From assembly GCA_015231885.1 (NCBI GenBank), contig JADGAT010000014.1:1349-65348 (forward strand): a stretch of DNA of 64,000 bases. The letters are read 5' to 3'. How positions within the stretch are numbered: position 1 is the stretch's first letter; each line of letters starts with the position of its first letter. Made by a program: the position numbers and the translations under genes. Positions 38,504 through 48,448 of the stretch are shown here, one piece after another. The notes beneath the pieces are model-generated. The model did not search any database. It was given only the letters and a program-made list of their open reading frames with translations, and was not told the DNA's origin. Source of the stretch: SAR324 cluster bacterium (GTDB taxonomy: Bacteria; SAR324; NAC60-12).

Positions 38504-39640
38504 ATGAGCCAATTTTTTGAAGAATACTATACATTTTATTATGCTGGAGTCACTTTATTCTTATTAGTGGGAATACTACTTATCATTAAATTTTTCTTCT
38601 TCAAAAAACCTCTAAAACCCAAGGAGTCTCATATCAATTTCAAGCGACTCAATGACCGGTTTGAAAAGGATCTGCATAAACTCGAAAAATTAGTGAGCGA
38701 AAAGGAATCGATCTCTAAATCGGCGTTGAAGTTGCTGAAAAAAGCGAAAAAAAAGGAAAAAAAAGAAGAAGATCTTCAGAAAAAAGCGAAAACCGAAACC
38801 ATGCTGGCCGATGTAAAAGAGCAACTGGACTCTAATTTGAAAAGCAATGAAATTTTAGAAAAACATGATCCTAAGGTATACGTACTGACCTTCGTAGGGG
38901 ATATCATGGCAAATGCCACACAGCATTTGCGGGAAGAAATATCGTTATTGCTGGAGGTTGCCACATCGTCTGATGAAGTCGTTGTGCGTTTGACCAGTCC
39001 CGGAGGAGCCGTGGCACAATATGGACTGGCGAGTGCTCAACTCGCACGCTTGAAACATGCAGGACTGTCGTTAACAGTGTGTGTCGATGTTATTGCCGCC
39101 AGCGGAGGATACATGATGGCATCGGTTGCTGATCAAATCATTGCTTCTCCTTTTGCGTTTATTGGTTCTATTGGGGTCGTTGCCGGAATACCCAATTTTC
39201 ATAAGGTTTTCCAAAAGCACGACATTGACTACCATTTATTCACTGCTGGTAAACACAAACGCACCATCACGACTCTTGGTGAGGTCACCGAAGAAGGCAA
39301 AGAAAAATTCCAGAAAAATTTAGAGGACATCCACAGAGCCTTTAAGCAACATGTTGCCAATAGCCGCAAAGATCTGGATATTGAAGAAGTGGCCACCGGA
39401 GATTATTGGCTGGCAACCGATGCCAAAGAAAAAGGGCTCATTGATGCAATAATGACCAGTGACGATTATTTATGTCAAAAAATGAAGGACTTTGATGTCA
39501 TTGAAGTCAAAACTACAGATTCACGACATTGGCTGGAACGGATGTTTCAAAAAAATTCCAGTCTGCTTAAAAAGATGAGCATGTACTTCAATCCAAGGCA
39601 AGAGGATTGGAGAGAAGAATCATACTTGCACTACCGTTAG
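38504..39640 (+). CDS. sohB: S49 family protease SohB
   Basis: N-terminal TM, Lys-rich linker, LTSPGG, AASGGYMMA, GSIGVVA, TAGKHKRT. Confidence 0.92.
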   Translation: MSQFFEEYYTFYYAGVTLFLLVGILLIIKFFFFKKPLKPKESHINFKRLNDRFEKDLHKLEKLVSEKESISKSALKLLKKAKKKEKKEEDLQKKAKTETMLADVKEQLDSNLKSNEILEKHDPKVYVLTFVGDIMANATQHLREEISLLLEVATSSDEVVVRLTSPGGAVAQYGLASAQLARLKHAGLSLTVCVDVIAASGGYMMASVADQIIASPFAFIGSIGVVAGIPNFHKVFQKHDIDYHLFTAGKHKRTITTLGEVTEEGKEKFQKNLEDIHRAFKQHVANSRKDLDIEEVATGDYWLATDAKEKGLIDAIMTSDDYLCQKMKDFDVIEVKTTDSRHWLERMFQKNSSLLKKMSMYFNPRQEDWREESYLHYR

Positions 39641-39647
39641 CGAGGAT

Positions 39648-40109
39648 TTAAGGAGCTGCTTGTAAATTGGCTTCATAATAACGGGTGTAGAGGTCTTTTT
39701 TCTCTGGAAAACGCACTCCATACACATTGCTCCTCAGATCTGGACGATAAAAGATATTTTCTACTTTTCCCACCCATTGATCACTAATATGCTTTTTTAA
39801 AACGACCTGTACGGAATCTCCTACTTGGAAGCGGGGGCTGATGGGGGCAGGCGGCGGACAAACTTTTTTAAACTTGGAGGTATTGCCCCAACACATCCAG
39901 GACGCACGAATGATCACTCCAATTCTCTGCGCTCCGCCATGAATCAGGGTGTAATCGGAAGGAGAAAAAGTTGTGATAACAATTTCTCGTCTCTGCTCCA
40001 CCCTATCAAAAATTTCTAATTCATAAGCACGGTATTCTGCATAGGCCGGTTGATATGAAAATAATAGAACCAAGAGAATACCTAGCCCAAAATAGATGTG
40101 TTTCCTCAT
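39648..40109 (-). CDS. Hypothetical exported protein with SH3/KOW-like C-terminal beta region
   Basis: Signal peptide ending AYA-EYRAYEL; RFQVGDSVQV...WVGKVE...YGVRF. Confidence 0.65.
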   Translation of the reverse strand: MRKHIYFGLGILLVLLFSYQPAYAEYRAYELEIFDRVEQRREIVITTFSPSDYTLIHGGAQRIGVIIRASWMCWGNTSKFKKVCPPPAPISPRFQVGDSVQVVLKKHISDQWVGKVENIFYRPDLRSNVYGVRFPEKKDLYTRYYEANLQAAP

Positions 40110-40121
40110 TGTCCCCCCATG

Positions 40122-40961
40122 TCAACGACGTGTATTCTGAAAACTGACATTTTCAAATACTGTGCGGCTCTCCATGGTCTCCATCATAAAAGAAGAGTCA
40201 AAATTACTGCTGGTAAAATCAGCATCTATCAAATTAGCACCTTTTAAATTAGCACCATTGATTTTGGCAGATTCTGCAAACGTATTCATGAAGTGAGCCT
40301 GTGCCAGATTGGATTTGGTGAGATGAGCGTCTCGTAAAACAGTGGCAAAAAAATTAATTTCCTCCATCTGACATCCTCGCAAAAATGCCCCAGATAAATC
40401 ACAGAAACTCATATTGGCTCCTTTGAAATTGGAGCGGTCCATTTTTATCCCGGTCATGACCGATCCTGAAAAATCGGCTTTGGCAGCTATCAAATTACCC
40501 GAATCACAGGCAGTGAAGTCACATAAGGTCAATACGGATTCATCCAGACGTGCATTGAACATGGAAGTATTGGAGAAATCGGCCAGGGGCGCATTGACTT
40601 TAATTAAAAGAGCGCCATCCAGATTAGCCCCCCTGAAGGTGGCTTGCTGCATTTCAGCTTCTCTAAAATTGGCTTCCACCAAATTGGCATTTCGAAAACT
40701 GGCTCTCTCCATCTGGCATGAAACCAACGACGCTTCCTGAAAGCTGGCATCCAGCAATTCACAATCATTAAAACTGCATCGCTCCAGCATGCTTCCACTC
40801 AAGTTAACACCATTTAAATTACAATCAGCAAGATTGGAAAAACGCATATCCACTCCTACCATTACCAGATCTTCAAGGTTCAGTCCTGTCAGATCCAAGT
40901 TTCTCATCGGATCTCTTCTTTGAATCCTGCGTTCAACTTCTGATCGAGTAATACGTGCCAT
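40122..40961 (-). CDS. Pentapeptide repeat protein
   Basis: Continuous (A/S/C)-(D/N)-(L/F)-x-x pentads over ~250 aa. Confidence 0.92.
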   Translation of the reverse strand: MARITRSEVERRIQRRDPMRNLDLTGLNLEDLVMVGVDMRFSNLADCNLNGVNLSGSMLERCSFNDCELLDASFQEASLVSCQMERASFRNANLVEANFREAEMQQATFRGANLDGALLIKVNAPLADFSNTSMFNARLDESVLTLCDFTACDSGNLIAAKADFSGSVMTGIKMDRSNFKGANMSFCDLSGAFLRGCQMEEINFFATVLRDAHLTKSNLAQAHFMNTFAESAKINGANLKGANLIDADFTSSNFDSSFMMETMESRTVFENVSFQNTRR

Positions 40962-40978
40962 ACTGTTTCTGGGAGATA

Positions 40979-42607
40979 TTAAAAAAAACGGCGATAGAAC
41001 CGGATGGCTTCATCATAGTCCTGCATCTGTATCCTGCCTTTCATTGAAGTAAATACAGCACGGGCTACCGGCATATCGACATGGTGATGCATTCTTCGAA
41101 TTTTCACAGTAGCTCCCGGATAAATATTACCAGGGATAAAAACAATTCCTCCATCTTTGGCATGCTCCGTTTTGATGATGTCCACGGTGCGCCGCCACTC
41201 ATTTATATCTTTGATAGCATCATCTCGCAATTTCTGTACGGTCTCTACCATCTCACCAAATGCCTTTTCATGCTCTGAAGGAAGGATTCCACGCTTTTCA
41301 CGGGCTGATTGCAGCACCAATAGATTCTTTTTAGTTTTTTGAAAATTATAAAAATTCTGTCGAAGCTCTGATTCCAGGTTTTTAAAGTGCAGTCGGGTAT
41401 CTGGATCCAGCCCCACTTCTACAACGGTTTCATCGCCAATTTTATTTGAACCAACATTGGAAATGTTGACAAAGTTTCCTCCATGGCAAACCCCTCCATG
41501 AAAAAAGCCTTCTGGGTCCGTGACATGGATAATTTTTCCGGCAGATACATTCGAATTGATAATGTATTCTTTGACTACTACATTTCTACCCGCCTCAATC
41601 TGAGAATCGGAAACAAAAGAAGCACGTACGGATTGCTTGGCTTTGATTGTTGCTCCTAAAATCCCCTGCCCTACTTTCACCTCACCATCTGTCATCAAAA
41701 TAGCTTTACCGACGGAGCCAGTCACCTCAATACGATTAGTGGCATTGACAGTATATCCATCTTCCACATTGCCATCCACATAAACAATTCCATCGAAATT
41801 AAGATTACCGACAGAGGAATCAATATTATTGAGGCGCAGAATATTTTCAATAGAAATTTTATGATTAAACAGAACAACAAATCCTGCTTTAGCAGCAACA
41901 ATCTGAGTACGATCGGCATTAAAGGCCGTATGCCTGCCAGGAAAAATTAAACATTTGCGTCCAGGTCTGGCGGGAAGAGGAACCCCTTTGACATTATAAC
42001 CATTTTTACCCTTTGTGGGGGGAATGATATTGACCAGTACATCTCCGGCCTTTACATTTGTCAAAAAATTCATATCCCGGTGATTCACTTGGAGGGGTTC
42101 CTCCTGATTTGATTGTTTCTCTGATCCATAAACCAACTGAAGATAACCCTCTTTCCCATCAACGGGTTTTCTGCCACGTGCCACTAAAACGGGTTCATTT
42201 TCAATGTGCTCATCAATCATTTTCTGTAGTACATCACGCATGATTCCTTGTATCACACCGGCTTTGCTTAATTCTGCTTCCAGTCGGTCTACAGTGAGTG
42301 CGTCTTCTGGAGCATTGTATGGGGGATGAATAGAAAGGTGGGCTCCACCTGCGGTAGGGGGTATTTCGATAGTAAACTGATAGTCGGTGATTTCTTCATC
42401 ACACAGCAATTCAAAAGTATCCGAGGCGTGTTCATAAATCTCAAGTAATCGCTCAGGAAGGTAGTCAGCATCGATATCATGCAGTTCTTCCTGGATCTCG
42501 TCAAGATCTGCTTTGATTTCATCCAGAGCTGGTGCAATCCTCAGATATACTTTTCCCCCTTCAACTTTTATTTCATACAAACTCTCTAATTCTTCTTGTG
42601 CAATCAC
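40979..42607 (-). CDS. fapA: FapA / DUF342 family protein
   Basis: ARGRKPVDGKEG, PPTKGKNG.NVKG, SVGNLNFDG.V.V.GNVEDG, VEVGLDP, G.IYPG.TVKI. Confidence 0.8.
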   Translation of the reverse strand: MIAQEELESLYEIKVEGGKVYLRIAPALDEIKADLDEIQEELHDIDADYLPERLLEIYEHASDTFELLCDEEITDYQFTIEIPPTAGGAHLSIHPPYNAPEDALTVDRLEAELSKAGVIQGIMRDVLQKMIDEHIENEPVLVARGRKPVDGKEGYLQLVYGSEKQSNQEEPLQVNHRDMNFLTNVKAGDVLVNIIPPTKGKNGYNVKGVPLPARPGRKCLIFPGRHTAFNADRTQIVAAKAGFVVLFNHKISIENILRLNNIDSSVGNLNFDGIVYVDGNVEDGYTVNATNRIEVTGSVGKAILMTDGEVKVGQGILGATIKAKQSVRASFVSDSQIEAGRNVVVKEYIINSNVSAGKIIHVTDPEGFFHGGVCHGGNFVNISNVGSNKIGDETVVEVGLDPDTRLHFKNLESELRQNFYNFQKTKKNLLVLQSAREKRGILPSEHEKAFGEMVETVQKLRDDAIKDINEWRRTVDIIKTEHAKDGGIVFIPGNIYPGATVKIRRMHHHVDMPVARAVFTSMKGRIQMQDYDEAIRFYRRFF

Positions 42608-42690
42608 AACAACAACTCAATAAAGTCGAATCAAAAATGGAGAGAATTGACGGAACCAAAATCCACGCATTTCATTAATGCTAATAGTTA

Positions 42691-42706
42691 AGCGAGTACC
42701 GTGCCA
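42691..42706 (-). promoter_or_regulatory. Sigma54 (-24/-12) promoter
   Basis: Minus strand TGGCACGGTACTCGCT versus consensus TGGCACGNNNNTTGCW: 11/12 defined positions match, with GG and GC correctly spaced; ~85 nt upstream of fapA. Confidence 0.7.
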
Positions 42707-42730
42707 AAAGAAAAATGGCAAATTGTAGAA

Positions 42731-43516
42731 TCAAGATGTGTTTTTTGTTGTTTTTTCCGAAACCCTGAGCAAGCTTTCAATCTCTCCAGGAGATAACAGA
42801 CGCGACATGCCAGGTTCTAATTCCCCCAGTGTGATAGCATCAATGCTATAGCGTTTGATTTTTTGTACAGAGTACCCCAATTTTCGAAACATCTTCTTGA
42901 TTTGCTGATTTTTCCCTTCTTGCAAAGAAACTTCCAACCAGGTTTTATTATTAATGGAGTGTAAAATTTTTACCTTTGCAGGCAGGTATCGATGTCCTGC
43001 AAAGGTACAACCCTTTTTTAGTTTATGCAGCTCATCGTTTCGAATCAATCCCTTGATTTTCACAAAATAGGTTTTCCAAAGTTGATATCGAGGATGTATC
43101 ACCCTCTGTGCAAAATCTCCATCATTTGTCAGCAGCAGCAGTCCTTCTGCGTCATAATCCAAACGTCCTACTGGAAAAAGTCTCTGTTTAGTTTCAGGAA
43201 AAAAGTCTTTGATCGTGGAGCGTCCTTCAGGGTCATTTAAAGACGTGATACAGTTTTTGGGTTTATAAAAAGCATAAACGACATGTTTATGCCGTGTTGG
43301 AAGATAAACGACCACTCCTTCTACTTCGAGTTCGTCACGTCCCACCTGCATCCTCTGCCCCAACGTAGTTTTTTCCCCATTGAGTGTTACTAGTCCGGCC
43401 CTGATCAGTTTTTCTGCAGATCGTCTAGAGGCAATACCTGCACTGGCAATTACTTTTTGGATGCGAACACCTGCTTCATCGGTTTGTTGTTTCGTCATAG
43501 CAACTCGTTTATTCAA
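42731..43516 (-). CDS. rluB: rRNA pseudouridine synthase, RluB/RsuA family
   Basis: S4 domain RIQKVIASAGIASRR; catalytic PVGRLDYDAEGLLLLTNDG. Confidence 0.88.
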   Translation of the reverse strand: MNKRVAMTKQQTDEAGVRIQKVIASAGIASRRSAEKLIRAGLVTLNGEKTTLGQRMQVGRDELEVEGVVVYLPTRHKHVVYAFYKPKNCITSLNDPEGRSTIKDFFPETKQRLFPVGRLDYDAEGLLLLTNDGDFAQRVIHPRYQLWKTYFVKIKGLIRNDELHKLKKGCTFAGHRYLPAKVKILHSINNKTWLEVSLQEGKNQQIKKMFRKLGYSVQKIKRYSIDAITLGELEPGMSRLLSPGEIESLLRVSEKTTKNTS

Positions 43517-44247
43517 TTTTTTTCTTCGTTTGTATCCATTTTCAAAAGTAAGGATAATGCCTCTTGAGCAGCAAACTGCTCTGCTTGTTTTTTACTGGTT
43601 CCCTGACCAGCACCATATTGTTTATTCCCAATAACCGCAATAACCTCAAATTGTTTTTGATGGTCGGGTCCATAAGCATTCAATAATTTATAAGTTGTTG
43701 TGGTACCAAATTTTTTTTGAACAAATTCCTGGAGATCGGTTTTGTAATCATGTGAAAAAAAAGACGCCACATTATCAGGGAATTCATTTTGAAACAGATG
43801 CCAGATAACGGCCCTCACTTCTCCCAGGTCTCCTTTTTGTGAATCTATATAAATCGCAGCAATCAATGCTTCTAAAGAACTGGAAAGAATTGATTTTTTA
43901 TGACGTCCCCCTGTCAATTCTTCTCCCCGTCCAAGCATTAAGCAGTTGCCCAGGTCGATGGATTTAGCAATTTTACTCAAACCGGTTTCACTGACTAAAC
44001 TGGCACGTAATTTTGTCAATCCGCCCTCTGGCAACTCAGGAAAAAGCTCCATCAAAAGATCGCTGATGACCAGATCTAAAACAGCATCGCCTAAAAATTC
44101 GAGACGTTCATTGTCCTGGCAGTCCTTCACCTGTTCATTTGCATAGGATTTATGAGTACAAGCCTGCTGTAACAAAGAGCGATCTTTGAACTGATAATCT
44201 ATTTGCTCACACAAATGCTTCAGATTGCTATCCATATTTTTATCCAT
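43513..44247 (-). CDS. rnc: Ribonuclease III
   Basis: THKSY, NERLEFLGDAVL, SSLEALIAAIY, dsRBD YKTDLQE...GPDHQKQF...SKKQAEQ.AA; start trimmed to ATG 44247 (or 44235). Confidence 0.96.
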   Translation of the reverse strand: MDKNMDSNLKHLCEQIDYQFKDRSLLQQACTHKSYANEQVKDCQDNERLEFLGDAVLDLVISDLLMELFPELPEGGLTKLRASLVSETGLSKIAKSIDLGNCLMLGRGEELTGGRHKKSILSSSLEALIAAIYIDSQKGDLGEVRAVIWHLFQNEFPDNVASFFSHDYKTDLQEFVQKKFGTTTTYKLLNAYGPDHQKQFEVIAVIGNKQYGAGQGTSKKQAEQFAAQEALSLLLKMDTNEEKN

Positions 44248-44261
44248 TTTGATAGAAATCA

Positions 44262-44564
44262 TTATTCCTGATATCTGCGTTTGCACCATACCCGAGTTGT
44301 CTGTGTACTGTACAATCCAAAAGAAAAATAATGAATGAGACCATCCGTAAATGTCTGCTCCATTTCTAACCGGGACACTCCACTGGGACACAAAGGCCTT
44401 AGCTGGGTGGGATGATCCAGCTCAATTGCCGCAAAAATCACACTGCCGTGAGAAGTTTCACCATCATAAGAATCACGTAATGGTTCTGTATCTGTATAAT
44501 AATTTGTTGTATAACAACCAGAACAAAGCAAAAATACTATGAAAAATATTGTCCAAATTTTCAT
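44262..44564 (-). CDS. Bor/Iss-like small lipoprotein
   Basis: Lipobox LCSGC; LCPSGV..LEMEQTF.DG....FSFGLYSTQT.RVWC pattern. Confidence 0.65.
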   Translation of the reverse strand: MKIWTIFFIVFLLCSGCYTTNYYTDTEPLRDSYDGETSHGSVIFAAIELDHPTQLRPLCPSGVSRLEMEQTFTDGLIHYFSFGLYSTQTTRVWCKRRYQE

Positions 44565-44646
44565 CAGGCACTTGTATGTTTGTGGTGAATCATATGTAGT
44601 AAAGAATTAAATATAAACTTTAGATTTTATCTTATAAAGAGGAAAG

Positions 44647-45420
44647 ATGACAAGTTTTATTGATACCCACTGCCATTTGGATATGCTGAGACAAAAAACC
44701 AAAACTGCCATTCAAGCCGCTGCAAGCGCAGGTGTTGAACAAATCATCACTATTGCTATTGATGAAAAGTCGATTCAATTTGTGGAACAGTCCGTAAAAA
44801 AGTATCCGCAAGTATTTGGCAGTATTGGTATTCATCCTCATGAAGCAAAGACATATACACAGGAGATTGGTCAACAAATCCATAATTTGTCAACCCAGGC
44901 AGAGGATATTGTTGCAATCGGAGAAACAGGGCTGGATTATCACTACATGCATTCTGAGAAAAAGATACAGCAAAAAGTATTCAGCGAGCACCTTGAACTT
45001 GCAGCACAGCTGCAGATGCCTGTTGTACTCCATACCAGGGAAGCAGAAGAAGATACCATGGCCATTCTTAAAGAGAATTCCATAAATCATGGAGGAGTGG
45101 CGCACAGCTTTACAGGGAGTCTGGCAATGGCAAAAGAATTATTGGACATGGGCTGGTATATAGGAGTCAACGGGATTGTTACTTTTCCTAAAGCAGAACC
45201 TGTCCGTGAAGTGATGTGCTATTTGCCAGCAGACCGCCTTCTCTTGGAAACGGATGCCCCGTTTTTAGCTCCCAAGCCATTTCGAGGAAAACCCAATGAC
45301 CCTGCTAAAATTCCTATTATTGCAGAATTTGTTGCAAAGCAACGCAATATTTCTATAGAAGATCTGGCCAGCCAAACGACAGAAAATGCACAAAGGTTAT
45401 TTCAATTCGGAATCAAATAG
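44647..45420 (+). CDS. tatD: TatD family deoxyribonuclease
   Basis: IDTHCHL, GIHPHEA, AIGETGLDY, VLHTRE, HSFTG, LLETDAPFL. Confidence 0.93.
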   Translation: MTSFIDTHCHLDMLRQKTKTAIQAAASAGVEQIITIAIDEKSIQFVEQSVKKYPQVFGSIGIHPHEAKTYTQEIGQQIHNLSTQAEDIVAIGETGLDYHYMHSEKKIQQKVFSEHLELAAQLQMPVVLHTREAEEDTMAILKENSINHGGVAHSFTGSLAMAKELLDMGWYIGVNGIVTFPKAEPVREVMCYLPADRLLLETDAPFLAPKPFRGKPNDPAKIPIIAEFVAKQRNISIEDLASQTTENAQRLFQFGIK

Positions 45421-45516
45421 ATTCAGTCCTCTGATAGAATATGGCCTTTTTCCCATTAATCGGTTATATTGAAACTCAATCAATTGAAATGATCAAAACA
45501 AGGAAAATGATACCTT

Positions 45517-47538
45517 ATGCAGACCACACGAATTAAGGTTGGAGGTGCCGCGCTCAATCAAACTCCGCTGGATTGGAGTGGTAACCAAGCCCATATTCTT
45601 CAGGCCATCCATCAAGCTCAACAGGACAGTGTTTCGATTTTATGCCTGCCAGAACTGTGTATCTCAGGTTATGGTTGTGAAGACGCATTTCATTCGGAAG
45701 GAGTGAGTGAGATGGCATTTCAAATGCTGCTCAAAATCATTCCGCACACAAAAGACATTGCCGTTGCCATCGGGTTGCCTATTTATTCGAATCAAGTGGT
45801 TTACAACGCAATTGCCTGGGTTTGTGATGGTTCTCTAAAAGGGTTGGTTGCCAAACAGTTTTTAGCAGGCCAGGATTTGTATTATGAAACACGATGGTTC
45901 AAACCATGGCCCCGGCAAAAAGTCCAACCTTTTATAAACCGTCAACAAATCATTCCTCTTGGCGATTTAATTTTTGACCTTGCAGGAATTCGGGTTGGGT
46001 TTGAAATTTGTGAAGATGCCTGGGTTGCCGACAGGCCAGCAGGAAGACTGGCAGCACAAGGTGTGGATATCATACTCAATGCGAGTGCCAGCCACTTTGC
46101 ATTTGACCAGTTGCGAACACGTCGAAAAATTGTGGAAGAAGGAGCACGCTCCACCAATACCGTTTATATATACAGCAATCTTTTAGGATGTGAGGCCGGT
46201 AGAATTATTTATGACGGTACTGTCCTTATTGCTTCAGGCAATCAGGGGATGCTTGCAGAAAGTTGCCGCTTCTCTTTCCATGATTTTGTATTAACGACAG
46301 CAGAAGTGGATCTCGGTATCAATCGATTGCAAAGACGTAAAAACATCCATTATCAACCGACTGGAGAACCGACAGAGAATGTAATTACATGCCCTTTTAC
46401 ATGGGACAATCTTTCGGCCTCACTCTCCAGCAAAGAGAAAAATCATCGGCTTTTTCAGCAAGAAAATTTATCTCACTTTGAGGAATTCACCCGGGCCGTC
46501 ACTTTAGGATTGTGGGACTATCTCAGGAAAAGCTGCAGCCAGGGATTTGTTGTTTCCATTAGTGGAGGTGCTGACTCTGCGACGGTTGCTGTTCTGATCT
46601 ATCTCATGGTAGAACTTGCGTTAAAAGAACTAGGCTGGAAAAGTTTCACTCAAAAGCTGAAATACCTTTCCTGGTTACCCGATAAAGAAAAATGGGATAT
46701 TTCTCAACTGATGTCACACTTATTGCTTACGGTATACCAGGCAAGTAACCATTCTTCAGAAACAACGTATAATGCCGCAAAACAATTATGTGCATCCATT
46801 CATGCCCGTTTCTTGCAATTCAATATTTCGGATGTGGTCACCAGCTATACTGCCTGGCTGGAAGAAGTTGTGGAACGTCCTCTCAGTTGGGAGCAGGATG
46901 ATCTGGCACTGCAAAATATTCAGGCACGCGCCCGGGGTCCGAGTGTTTGGCTATTGGCCAATACTTATGGAGCCCTGCTGCTTTCGACCAGCAATCGGAG
47001 TGAAGCGGCCGTGGGTTACGCAACAATGGATGGAGATACTTGTGGTGGTTTGAGCCCCATTGCAGGCATTGACAAAGCCTTCATATTACGCTGGTTGAAA
47101 TGGATGGAGACCGAAGGCGCATTTTCAGTTGGGCCTTTGCCAATACTGAAGCTGATCACCGCGCAAGAACCCACTGCCGAACTAAGACCATTGGACAGTA
47201 AACAGTCCGATGAAGAGGATCTGATGCCGTATCCTGTTTTAGATGCTATCGAACGGTTGGCAATTCGTGATCGCAAAATGCCTCTGCAAGTCTGGAAAGA
47301 TTTACAATTGCAATTCAGTAACTCACAACCATACACAACAGAGCAACTGGCATTGTTTGTAGAACGGTTTTTTCAACTTTGGAGCAGAAATCAATGGAAA
47401 AGGGAACGTTATGCCCCTTCCTTTCATCTTGATGATGAAAACCTGGATCCAAAAACCTGGTGCCGTTTCCCCATCCTTTCCGGAGGATTTTCCGAAGAGT
47501 TAAAACAGCTTCATGCAGCTTTAGAGAATGAAGCTTAG
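45517..47538 (+). CDS. nadE: Glutamine-dependent NAD+ synthetase
   Basis: Nitrilase domain (LPELC, EICED) plus SISGGADS, QNIQARAR, ELRP. Confidence 0.93.
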   Translation: MQTTRIKVGGAALNQTPLDWSGNQAHILQAIHQAQQDSVSILCLPELCISGYGCEDAFHSEGVSEMAFQMLLKIIPHTKDIAVAIGLPIYSNQVVYNAIAWVCDGSLKGLVAKQFLAGQDLYYETRWFKPWPRQKVQPFINRQQIIPLGDLIFDLAGIRVGFEICEDAWVADRPAGRLAAQGVDIILNASASHFAFDQLRTRRKIVEEGARSTNTVYIYSNLLGCEAGRIIYDGTVLIASGNQGMLAESCRFSFHDFVLTTAEVDLGINRLQRRKNIHYQPTGEPTENVITCPFTWDNLSASLSSKEKNHRLFQQENLSHFEEFTRAVTLGLWDYLRKSCSQGFVVSISGGADSATVAVLIYLMVELALKELGWKSFTQKLKYLSWLPDKEKWDISQLMSHLLLTVYQASNHSSETTYNAAKQLCASIHARFLQFNISDVVTSYTAWLEEVVERPLSWEQDDLALQNIQARARGPSVWLLANTYGALLLSTSNRSEAAVGYATMDGDTCGGLSPIAGIDKAFILRWLKWMETEGAFSVGPLPILKLITAQEPTAELRPLDSKQSDEEDLMPYPVLDAIERLAIRDRKMPLQVWKDLQLQFSNSQPYTTEQLALFVERFFQLWSRNQWKRERYAPSFHLDDENLDPKTWCRFPILSGGFSEELKQLHAALENEA

Positions 47539-47629
47539 TTTAGTTTTAGAATCGTTCGCGTGAAACGACAAATAGCCCTTATTTGCAAAAAGTTGAGTTG
47601 AGTAAATTTTGATTATTTAGGAGAAGGTT

Positions 47630-48445
47630 ATGAATCTCGCTACCGTCTTAGGATACGCTCTAGCCTATTTTCTATTGTTGATCGCTATTGTGGTGGATTT
47701 TAGTAATTTTGCCCTGCAATTTCATGCTTTGGCCTGGTTTGTTGACATCCCCTCTTTGATGATCGTACTGGGCGGCACAATTGCTTCGACAATGGCCAGT
47801 TATCCAATGGAAATGTTCACTACTTGTGGCAAATCGATCAAGTCCACATTTGGAGCAAACAATGTTCCCCTTGTAGAAACACTGACGTTGATTGTTGATG
47901 TTTCAAAAATTGCCCGGAAAAATATTCTGGCCATTGAAGATGCGTTACCCAGTATCGAAAATTTATATTTGCGGGGAGGGCTACGATTAGTGGTTGACCG
48001 GGTGGACCGCAATCTGATTGTGGAAATGATGTCTCATGAAATGAAGTATACGGATGCCGGTAAAGACGGAGAAATAGCGGTCATTAAAACCATGGCATCT
48101 CTATGCCCTGCCTGGGGAATGTTAGGAACACTCGTTGGGCTGGTGATTCTGCTGCAAAACCTGGATGACCCTTCTGCGATTGGTCCTGCGATGGCTGTGG
48201 CATTGATTACGACACTGTATGGATCCTTGTTTGCCAATACGATTTTTGCTCCTACGGCAAACAAAATGACGGTGACCAAAGACGATGAAAAACTTCTGAT
48301 GGAAATGATTCGCGATGGAGTACTTTATATTGAGCAAGGGGAACGCCCTGATTTTATTGAACAAGATCTTGTCAATTATTTGCCATCGGATCAAAAAGCG
48401 ATGTATGAGCAACTCAAATTTGACAATGAAAAGAAGGAAGATTAA
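47630..48445 (+). CDS. motA: Stator A subunit (MotA/PomA family)
   Basis: SLMIVLGGT, GLRLVVD, CPAWGMLGTLVGLV, AMAVALITTLYG, P.ANKM. Confidence 0.92.
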   Translation: MNLATVLGYALAYFLLLIAIVVDFSNFALQFHALAWFVDIPSLMIVLGGTIASTMASYPMEMFTTCGKSIKSTFGANNVPLVETLTLIVDVSKIARKNILAIEDALPSIENLYLRGGLRLVVDRVDRNLIVEMMSHEMKYTDAGKDGEIAVIKTMASLCPAWGMLGTLVGLVILLQNLDDPSAIGPAMAVALITTLYGSLFANTIFAPTANKMTVTKDDEKLLMEMIRDGVLYIEQGERPDFIEQDLVNYLPSDQKAMYEQLKFDNEKKED

Positions 48446-48448
48446 ATC

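Noticed and set aside
38690-38800. Poly-A runs in sohB as phase-variation or frameshift sites
   Set aside because: The frame is intact, the Lys/Glu-rich linker is typical of SohB, and A8-A9 runs are common throughout this AT-rich window.
47552-47568. parS-like site TCGTTCGCGTGAAACGA
   Set aside because: Only 12/16 match to TGTTTCACGTGAAACA with a broken left half. It is equally explained as a small hairpin after nadE.
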